Positions 41,095-48,173 of a stretch of 48,173 nt of DNA are shown here, piece after piece. Numbering within the stretch: the first letter of the stretch is position 1; the number at the start of each line of letters is the position of its first letter. The DNA is taken from the NCBI GenBank assembly GCA_900757285.1, contig CAAENI010000299.1:1-48173 (forward strand), read 5' to 3'. Origin of the DNA: an uncultured Collinsella sp. (GTDB lineage Bacteria; Actinomycetota; Coriobacteriia; Coriobacteriales; Coriobacteriaceae). A program made the translations under genes and the position numbers. The notes under the pieces were generated by a model. The model did no database searches and was not told the origin of the DNA. It worked only from the letters and a program-made list of their open reading frames with translations.

Positions 41095-42088
41095 CTAACT
41101 TGCGAAGGGCGTTGTCTAGGGTGGACGCTACAACCAGGGGATCGTCGGTACCGGCGAAGAGGCGGATGGCGCCCCCCTGCTTACCGCGCGGGGCCGAAAG
41201 GCGCGTTGCTGAACCGCCGGCGGGCGACGTGCGGAACTCCCCCGGCAATGTGTCGAACAGCTCACCAGCACTTCGCTCGATAAGGTCAAACTCAACTGCC
41301 GGGCCAAAGCCGTGCTCGAGGATTCCCGTTGCAACCGCATGGTCGGGATGCGAGGTCAGCCCGGGATAGCGCACGTTGCGTACCATCTCGTTGGCGGCCA
41401 GATACTCGGCCAGCGCACGGGCGCGATCGAAGTGGGCCTGCATGCGAGCGTCGAGCGAAGACAGCCCCCGCTCCAGCATGCAAGCCTCATTAGCAGAAAG
41501 GTCGAGTGCAGACGCACCGCAATCCGCAAGAAGCGCATGCGCACACTCGGCGGCGGCATCCACGCGATGGCGCTTAAGCTGCGAGCGCGCCACCGAAGCG
41601 GCGACGAGCTTGCGCGGCGCAACGCCGGCACACACACGGTCGAGTGCCTCGAGCGACAGGACGGCACCCAAACGCAGCGGATCGCACCCAAAGACGCTTG
41701 CCACGGTGTTATCCACCACGAGCAACGCACGGGCCTCACGCGCCGCCCGACCCAGCGCACGCAGATCGGGCACACGTAGGCCAAACCCGCCGATGGAATT
41801 GACGAACCACCACAGATGCGACCCGCCAGCATCAAACGAAGCATCAAAGCCCTCGGACGCGGCGGTAAACGCCGCAACCGACGGCTCCCCCACGAGCACA
41901 ACGTCGCAGGCATCAAAGCCGCGCGCAAACGCATCGGCAAAGTCATCGGCAAACACGACCAGGCGATCGCTGGGACGCACAATCCCCAGCAGCGACAGCG
42001 CCGCCGGCACGTGCGAGGCCGCAACAAGACGCGCCTCACGCGCGCCGGCCCTTGCAGCCCAGGACTCTTCTAGCTGTTGCACGTCCAC
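41084..42088 (-). CDS. Divergent Cys/Met-metabolism PLP-dependent enzyme family protein
   Basis: LLVVDNTVAS...PLRLGA, LAEYL, VRYPGLTSHPDH, IRLFAG; PLP lysine position is Arg. Confidence 0.8.
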   Translation of the reverse strand: MDVQQLEESWAARAGAREARLVAASHVPAALSLLGIVRPSDRLVVFADDFADAFARGFDACDVVLVGEPSVAAFTAASEGFDASFDAGGSHLWWFVNSIGGFGLRVPDLRALGRAAREARALLVVDNTVASVFGCDPLRLGAVLSLEALDRVCAGVAPRKLVAASVARSQLKRHRVDAAAECAHALLADCGASALDLSANEACMLERGLSSLDARMQAHFDRARALAEYLAANEMVRNVRYPGLTSHPDHAVATGILEHGFGPAVEFDLIERSAGELFDTLPGEFRTSPAGGSATRLSAPRGKQGGAIRLFAGTDDPLVVASTLDNALRKLATL

Positions 42089-42200
42089 GCGGCACCATCC
42101 TTTACATAAAACCAAACCAAGACCAGCCCACCCAGGTCGAGAAAACGTCAGCGCAAGCAGCGTCGAGCGGTCCGGCGTTCGTTAGAACGCCGGAACAAAA

Positions 42201-42866
42201 TTAGCCGTGATATTCGCCGTTGAATTGGATCAACGTTAGATCTTCCACGCCATCGAGCGCGCGGATGGCGTCGGCATAGGGCATATCCACGCCGTCCGAG
42301 AACACCTCGGCGGCCATCTCGACCTTGTCGCCGCGCATGGTCTTGGATTTGACGGTGAACTTGGTGCGCCCAAATGCACGCACGATATCATCGCCGGTGG
42401 TCTGGCCCGTGTAGTGGATGACCATCATGTACACGCGCGCCTTGTCCTGGCGGCTCGCAAAGCCGGCAATCATCACCACGATCACCACCGCCGTGAGCCC
42501 CACGAGCGCGTACATACCGGCGCCCGCCGTAATGCCCGTGGTAATGGCCCAAAACAGATACAGCAGGTCGAGCGGGTCCTTGACCGCCGTACGGTAGCGG
42601 ACGATGGACAGAGCGCCGACCATACCGAGCGAGATGACCACGTTGGTCGAGATCGCGAGCGTGACCATGCAGGTGAGCACGCACATGCCCACGAGCGTCA
42701 CGGCAAAGCCACGCGAATACACCACGCCGGTAAAAAAGCGCTTGTACACGTAATAGATCAGGATGCCCATGGCAAGCGCCACGAGCAGCGAAAGGTCAAT
42801 CTTGGCAGGGTCGACCTGGCCAAACGCCTCCAAGACGGAGTTCTTAAAAAAGTCCCTGGTGCTCAT
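42201..42866 (-). CDS. DUF4956 family membrane protein
   Basis: YSRGF..TL, ISTNVVISLGMVGALSIVRYRTAVKDP signature; several TM helices plus a soluble C-terminal domain. Confidence 0.9.
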   Translation of the reverse strand: MSTRDFFKNSVLEAFGQVDPAKIDLSLLVALAMGILIYYVYKRFFTGVVYSRGFAVTLVGMCVLTCMVTLAISTNVVISLGMVGALSIVRYRTAVKDPLDLLYLFWAITTGITAGAGMYALVGLTAVVIVVMIAGFASRQDKARVYMMVIHYTGQTTGDDIVRAFGRTKFTVKSKTMRGDKVEMAAEVFSDGVDMPYADAIRALDGVEDLTLIQFNGEYHG

Positions 42867-42869
42867 GGT

Positions 42870-43661
42870 CTAAATATCCCCTCGGTTTTCAAAATCCGAT
42901 TCCCAGTAGTTAAATCCGCGCAGGTAGGCAGTCTTTTCGTAACACAGGCAGTACTTGGAGACCGCCGTAAGCTCGGCCGCGCCCGGCGGCACCATATCGC
43001 GCACCAGCTGCGGGCAAAACTCCGTAAACTTGACCTCCATCACCAGCTTGCCGGGCTCCAGGACCGGCAGCGCGGGCAGCGTCACGTCAAAGATATCGAA
43101 GCTTCCCACCGCGGCACGCACGTTCATGTCAAACGTAATACGCACGGTGCCCTCATCCATCACCCACGGCTCGCGCTCGTAGTCCACGATGGTCCGTGGG
43201 CGCATCATGTTGCAGATGCACTCGATGTAGAACTCGCGACAGAGCGGATAGGGACTCCTTAGCAAAAAGCCGTAGTCGCCAGCCAGAATCTGCTCAAACT
43301 CGCCGCGCGTGAGCGGCGCGTCCTCCTTGTAGATCCAGCTGCCGTACTTCTTTTTGCGCTCGAGCTTAATCACCTTGTCACTGCCGTTATAGATGCGTAC
43401 GCGATACTTTTTGCGCATGAGAATGCCGGTGTCTTTTTCCTCGTAGGCCGAGTTGCAGTAGTCGTCAAAATACAGGCTGCGAATGGTGTAACCGCCCGCC
43501 CGCGCATGTTTGTCCAGCTTAAATACAGGCGCCATGCGACAGGCAAGCGCGGCGTGCTCGCCCTCGTTAATGAGATATTTGAGCTCGTGGCGGTAACGCT
43601 CCTGCGTGGCACGCACAGGCGGTGCCGCCAGGCGCTCAAGCAGCGCGCTAGCCCTCCTCAT
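42870..43661 (-). CDS. VTC-domain (polyphosphate polymerase-like, TTM/CYTH fold) protein
   Basis: RHELKY, IRSLYFD, RKKYRVRIY, LERKKK, VDYEREP, VRITFD, MEVKF, SKYC. Confidence 0.9.
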   Translation of the reverse strand: MRRASALLERLAAPPVRATQERYRHELKYLINEGEHAALACRMAPVFKLDKHARAGGYTIRSLYFDDYCNSAYEEKDTGILMRKKYRVRIYNGSDKVIKLERKKKYGSWIYKEDAPLTRGEFEQILAGDYGFLLRSPYPLCREFYIECICNMMRPRTIVDYEREPWVMDEGTVRITFDMNVRAAVGSFDIFDVTLPALPVLEPGKLVMEVKFTEFCPQLVRDMVPPGAAELTAVSKYCLCYEKTAYLRGFNYWESDFENRGDI

Positions 43662-45417
43662 ACGTATCCTCCACGACCTTACCGCCGTCTTGCACGTAAA
43701 AACACTTCATGCCGTAGTGCTTGCCGTCGTCGGTCACATAGTAGTCAAACGCATCTTGCGTATAGCCGTCGGAGTTGGTGGCACGCACGCGCACAAAATA
43801 CTGGCCGGTATCGGGCGCATCGCAGGTCACCTCGGGAAGCAGCACATCCTCGGCCTTAAAGACCACGTCGCTTATGGCATAGTCGCGGGCAAGCTCTACG
43901 GTATAGCGAATGTCGCGCGCCTCAAAGTCGTAGGACGCATCCCAGTTAATGCGCAGCTTACCGTTATCGATCTGCGGCACGCCGATGTAGAACGGCATGG
44001 GCTTTTTAAAACTCTCGCGAAAGCTCTTGTAGTTCTCCTCGATCTCGGAGGGAATCGCCGCGGCGATCTGCTCGTATTGGTCCTTGGTGACAGGCAGATT
44101 GTCGATATCGGGCGAAGCAAAGACCAGGGATTCAGTCACCTCGCGGTAGTGCTTGATCATCTTGGTCAGGCGAGTCTCGGTCAAATACGAGCGCAAGTCC
44201 TTGACGGCACGGTCGAGTTCGCTGCGGAACGACTTGCTGCGCAACGCGCGGTTAAACAGCACGTTACCCCAGTAGTTGCTTGCGCCGCGCTCCCAGCTCG
44301 CGTAGTCCGAAAACCCGGTAAGAGAAAGCTCCAGCTTACGCAGCATGCCGTCGTTATCCCAATCCAGGATATACCAGACCTTGGAGTTAAGCGGGCTGTA
44401 CAGATAGCAGTTACGGTTCTGAGTATCGCAGTTGCCCGTCAGGATCTGAAACGCCAACCAATAGACCAGGTTCTCGGTATCAAAGTAGATGTCGAGCACG
44501 TCATCGATCTTTTGCGATTCGTCGTTGAGCGCATCGAGCATCTCGATGAGCTTGGTGTGGTCCGAATCGCCCTTAATCTCGAGCATGCCCTCAAAGCTTG
44601 CCTGGTTGTAGTCGGGATCGTCGGCAAGCTTAATGGTGTCCTCGTAGCGATGGAAATCGAAGCTGTTCACCTTATACAGATGCCCGTTCTTATCCAAGCC
44701 GTGCACCTTAAGCGCCGTCTTGTTGAGCTGCTCCACCTGCGTAAACAGGCCGTAGTCCTCAAAGGTATCGTTGGACTTTTCGGTCTGGTCGCACACCCAC
44801 AGATGCACAAACTGCGTGCGCAGGCCCATCATCTGGGGAATCCCGCGGATAAGATCGTAGGCCATCTTGTTGCGAAAACGCATACCCTCGCCCATGTGCT
44901 TGTTGAGCGCAATCGCGCGCTGCTGGCGCCAGGTACCTTTTCCTTTTTTGAGCTCCACCTTGTAATTCTTCTGCGTGTAGGAGCTCGATGTCTGGCCGCG
45001 CACCTGCACGGTGGCATTGGGCGCTTCCTCGCCATAGCCAACCTCGCCGGCCACCGGGCCGTCTTCGTCGCCCGGCTGCAGCAGGCCCATAACCTGATAG
45101 CGCGTCACGCCCATGTCGGCATAGTCATACACCGAGTACGTATTGATCTCGGCCCAGCTATGATCGGTGTTCTCGGAGCTGTTACCGCGCGAGACCGTCA
45201 GGTACATGGTCACAATGCCCGAGTCGTCGTAGACCTCGTACAGCTCGTCCTTATCGCGCAAATGCTTGGCCTCGCTAGCCGCATCGGCCTTTTTAATCTT
45301 GCCCTGCTTCTTGGTCTTTTTTGTCGAGGATTCGTCCTGAGACGAGCAGCCCGAAAGCAGCAGCGCTCCGGCAGCCGCCTCAAACAGGCGACGGCGAGAC
45401 ATCATCCTATCGGTCAT
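43648..45417 (-). CDS. CotH kinase family lipoprotein
   Basis: VRGQTS...KNYKVEL, LNKH, RTQFV, YGLFTQVE, GNCDTQNRN, WDND; N-terminal SRRRLF and LSGC lipobox; GGAGG RBS. Confidence 0.88.
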   Translation of the reverse strand: MTDRMMSRRRLFEAAAGALLLSGCSSQDESSTKKTKKQGKIKKADAASEAKHLRDKDELYEVYDDSGIVTMYLTVSRGNSSENTDHSWAEINTYSVYDYADMGVTRYQVMGLLQPGDEDGPVAGEVGYGEEAPNATVQVRGQTSSSYTQKNYKVELKKGKGTWRQQRAIALNKHMGEGMRFRNKMAYDLIRGIPQMMGLRTQFVHLWVCDQTEKSNDTFEDYGLFTQVEQLNKTALKVHGLDKNGHLYKVNSFDFHRYEDTIKLADDPDYNQASFEGMLEIKGDSDHTKLIEMLDALNDESQKIDDVLDIYFDTENLVYWLAFQILTGNCDTQNRNCYLYSPLNSKVWYILDWDNDGMLRKLELSLTGFSDYASWERGASNYWGNVLFNRALRSKSFRSELDRAVKDLRSYLTETRLTKMIKHYREVTESLVFASPDIDNLPVTKDQYEQIAAAIPSEIEENYKSFRESFKKPMPFYIGVPQIDNGKLRINWDASYDFEARDIRYTVELARDYAISDVVFKAEDVLLPEVTCDAPDTGQYFVRVRATNSDGYTQDAFDYYVTDDGKHYGMKCFYVQDGGKVVEDTYEEG

Positions 45418-46951
45418 CAGGACCTCCCCAACGATTGCGATACACGCGAACCACCATGCGCTCAAACGTACCATGCGGCTCGCCCCCTAGACGCAACTCC
45501 TCATAGCGCTGTTCGGCACGGTCGAGCAAGCAGCCCAGCTCCGTAAAGCGACCCGTCTTGTCGGTCGCCACAATAGGCTGCTGGCTCAGAATACGATACG
45601 GCAAGTTGGCGGTATAGGTATCGAGTCGCATGAGCGCCACAACAAAAAACACCGCCGCGCCGAGCAAAAAGCCAAACCCATAAAACTGCTGCGGAAAGAA
45701 CAGCGAGACGATGGTCGCCAGCCCCGCCACGCCCGCGAACAGCCCGGAGGCAAGCACGGCGCCCTTGTAGTCGGTAAAGTACAGCAAGATCAGCAGAATC
45801 GTGTTGCCCACGGCATACAGGCCATAGCCCACGCACAGCGTGCGAAAATACCCGTGCATTAGGTTGTTGAAGCCGAGTGGCAGGGCCGAGAGCACCGTGG
45901 TCTCGAGCGAGATGACCGCTGCCGTCACAAACAGCTGCTTGAGCGCGCAAAACCGCAGCTCCCGGTTGAGCGTGGCAAGCATTTCCTCCTCGGCCACCAC
46001 GATGTCGCCCACCACGCCGCCGTCGTTAAACAGGCTGTAGTAGTCGCGGTAGCGCGGATAAAAGTTGACCTCGACCGACACCACAAAGTTGACGGTCGTG
46101 ACCAGAATGGTCAAAAACGCAAGCAACGCCGGCACATCATGATAGGGTGCGCCGTAAAACAGCCCTTTGACCTGCACGCCAATGGGCCCTGCCCAAATAA
46201 TCACCAAGTGCGCAAAAAGCCCCAGGTTGGTAAATAGGCCCGTGAGCGCGAGCGGCATAAATTGGTCGAGCCAGCGCAAAAAGAGCCAGGGGCTGCGGTC
46301 GCTCTGAGGGAAATACCGGTACAGCAGCACCACGTCCCAGGCGAGCATGACGCCATAGCCCAGGGCGATTGACGCCAACAGGCCCTCGACCGGCGGCAAC
46401 CCCAGCGCCAGCGCGGTCAAGGCACACAGGCACGCCACGCCAATGGCCGCGGCAAAGCTGCACAGAATACCGCGGTAATCCTTAATGGCCGTGAGGTAAC
46501 TCATGCCGTTCCAGTTGACGATCATAATGTTGAACAGCCACAGGCACAGCAGCCCCTGAAGCAGCGTAGCGCCCGAGAACAGCAAAAAGACGCCGTAGAG
46601 CACCGTGCCCGCAACGAGCATGATGGCGTTGGAGCCCCAAAACGAGGGCAGGATCTCTGTCTCGCGCTCGACAAAGAGCATGTCGGCCAAATAGCGCGTG
46701 ACCGGCATGGAGAAAAAGCTCGTGAGCGTAAGCGACGCCAGCAGCGTATAGGTCACCATGCACACCAGCAAGTCCTGGTTGGCGCGGCCCACGCCCCACA
46801 GACCGCACAGCACCAAGATACCCACCTGCAGCAGCACACCCAGCAGCATGGGGCCCGTACACACAATGCCGGCGTAGCCATAGGCGCGCATCGTGGCAAA
46901 CAGACCCTTGCGCCTAAACAGGCGTTTGAGCTCAAAACCGATTCCGGCCAC
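45407..46951 (-). CDS. pelG: Exopolysaccharide Pel transporter PelG
   Basis: MAGIGFELKRL N-terminal signature, TRYLAD, YDVP-like YHDVPA, VEVNFYPRY, LLYF; many TM segments. Confidence 0.92.
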   Translation of the reverse strand: MAGIGFELKRLFRRKGLFATMRAYGYAGIVCTGPMLLGVLLQVGILVLCGLWGVGRANQDLLVCMVTYTLLASLTLTSFFSMPVTRYLADMLFVERETEILPSFWGSNAIMLVAGTVLYGVFLLFSGATLLQGLLCLWLFNIMIVNWNGMSYLTAIKDYRGILCSFAAAIGVACLCALTALALGLPPVEGLLASIALGYGVMLAWDVVLLYRYFPQSDRSPWLFLRWLDQFMPLALTGLFTNLGLFAHLVIIWAGPIGVQVKGLFYGAPYHDVPALLAFLTILVTTVNFVVSVEVNFYPRYRDYYSLFNDGGVVGDIVVAEEEMLATLNRELRFCALKQLFVTAAVISLETTVLSALPLGFNNLMHGYFRTLCVGYGLYAVGNTILLILLYFTDYKGAVLASGLFAGVAGLATIVSLFFPQQFYGFGFLLGAAVFFVVALMRLDTYTANLPYRILSQQPIVATDKTGRFTELGCLLDRAEQRYEELRLGGEPHGTFERMVVRVYRNRWGGPDDR

Positions 46952-46954
46952 CGG

Positions 46955-48173
46955 CTACTCCCCCTCTCTGGACAGGTCAAACGCGCGAGCCGTCTCGTCG
47001 TACAGCGCGCGATAGTTGGCGAGCATCTGCTCGTGCAGGTAATAGGTCGCCACGCGACGCTGACCGCGCTCCCCCATTTCCAGGCGACGGGCACGGCTCG
47101 CACACATGCGCTCCATGGCATCGGCCAGACCCTTGCGATACATGGGCGGGCTCACGAATCCAGCCACGCCAAAGTCGTCGCCGGGAGCGCCCTCAAGCAG
47201 CTCGCGGCAGCAGCCAACCTCGGTCGTCACGCAGGGGCGACGCGCGCCCAGCGATTCCAACACGCTCAACGGCTGGCCCTCCGAGATACTCGTCAAAATG
47301 GTAAAGTCGAGCTTTTCCATGTACTCGACCACGTTGACGCGGCCGGTAAAAATCAAATCACGCACGCCCAATGTCTCCACCAGCGCATGGCACTCGGCAC
47401 CATATTCCTCGTCATCCACGCCGCCCATAATATGCAGGCGCACATGCGGCAAACGCTCGTGCAGCTCAAAGAAGGCATAGATCATGGTCTTGACGTCCTT
47501 GATGGGCGCCAGGCGCACCACCGCGCCAATGTCCACCCAGCCGTCATCGGGCTTTAAGGGAATGTCCTTAAAGCGGTCGAACTGGATGCCATTGGGGATG
47601 ACCAGGCATTTGTCCGCATCGCAGCCCATATCGATCTGCGTCTTGCGGGCGTTGTGAAACAGGCTCGTCACGCGGAAGGCACGACGGTAGATCTCCTCCG
47701 AAAGCAGGTAGAAAAAGCGAATCCAGCGGTCCTTAAACGAAGGCACCACCCAGTCGGCGCGAATGATCTCTTCCTCGCGTTCGCGCGTGTAGATGCCGTG
47801 CTCGGTCAGCAATGCCGGCGCGTTATGAACGCTCGAGCCAAGACTCGCAAGCAGACCGCCGTAGCCGGTCGAGATGGCGTGGTACACATCGGCCACCGGA
47901 ACCTCGCTGCCCAGCAGATAAAGCACGGGCAGCATCATCGAACGCATGGTGTGGAAGGCGTCGGCGAAAGGCGTATACGGGTACTCGGCTAGACACACGT
48001 CGCGGAAGATGTCCATAAACGTGCGGCTCTGCAAAAATGAGAGCGGATGCACGTGGCGGCGCTGGAAGATATCGAATAGTACGTCCCAGTCCGGATTGGA
48101 GAGCGATACCAGGCGACGCAGCGCCTCGCGCTCGCGGGCGTTAAAGTCGGCCTCTTCTTGCTCGCCCGATAGG
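46955..48173 (-). CDS. pelF: GT4 glycosyltransferase PelF (DUF3492 + GT-B fold), 5'-truncated by window edge
   Basis: STGYGG, LTEHGIYTRER, RLAPIKDVKT, SISEGQPLSVLE (EX7E); frame stays open to the window end. Confidence 0.92.
   Translation of the reverse strand, partial: LSGEQEEADFNAREREALRRLVSLSNPDWDVLFDIFQRRHVHPLSFLQSRTFMDIFRDVCLAEYPYTPFADAFHTMRSMMLPVLYLLGSEVPVADVYHAISTGYGGLLASLGSSVHNAPALLTEHGIYTREREEEIIRADWVVPSFKDRWIRFFYLLSEEIYRRAFRVTSLFHNARKTQIDMGCDADKCLVIPNGIQFDRFKDIPLKPDDGWVDIGAVVRLAPIKDVKTMIYAFFELHERLPHVRLHIMGGVDDEEYGAECHALVETLGVRDLIFTGRVNVVEYMEKLDFTILTSISEGQPLSVLESLGARRPCVTTEVGCCRELLEGAPGDDFGVAGFVSPPMYRKGLADAMERMCASRARRLEMGERGQRRVATYYLHEQMLANYRALYDETARAFDLSREGE

Noticed and set aside
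42171..42194. Intrinsic terminator for the pel-cotH-VTC operon
   Set aside because: A 10-bp stem is present but no U-tract follows on the minus strand; treated as an unassigned hairpin
1338..45546. Many long plus-strand ORFs (e.g. 1338-3332, 11325-13199, 31419-34043, 36947-38695, 43606-45546)
   Set aside because: They are antisense shadows of clear minus-strand genes, expected in high-GC DNA, and have no recognisable motifs

Overview
High-GC window that looks like a Coriobacteriia (Collinsella-like) chromosome; this is inferred from gene content and protein style, not from a search. Most of it is core genome on the minus strand: ftsH, thyA-folA, rsmD-coaD-yceD-rpmF-plsX-acpP-rnc-smc-ftsY-ffh, asp23-fakA(DAK2)-recG, two tandem tRNA-Asn genes, dnaG-rpoD, rimP-nusA-infB-rbfA-nrnA-truB-ribF, leuS and guaB. 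The left end holds an AT-rich peptidase S51 gene and a 554-bp remnant (IS3 fragment plus a serine-recombinase-like tail) bounded by a 12-bp direct repeat that falls in the 3' end of a DUF523 gene. The right end holds the most interesting locus, the tightly coupled operon pelF-pelG-cotH-VTC-DUF4956. It links Gram-positive Pel exopolysaccharide synthesis to a Tat-lipoprotein CotH kinase and a split polyphosphate-polymerase/membrane-protein pair. Other notable signals: a nested 35-bp inverted repeat (REPIN/MITE-like), palindromic operators upstream of a DUF134-NifX fusion, two ~100-120 nt rod-like hairpins between guaB and leuS, a PLP-fold protein lacking the Schiff-base lysine, and a C3H zinc-finger-like tail on NusA. 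All product calls come from motif recognition by eye; no database search was run.
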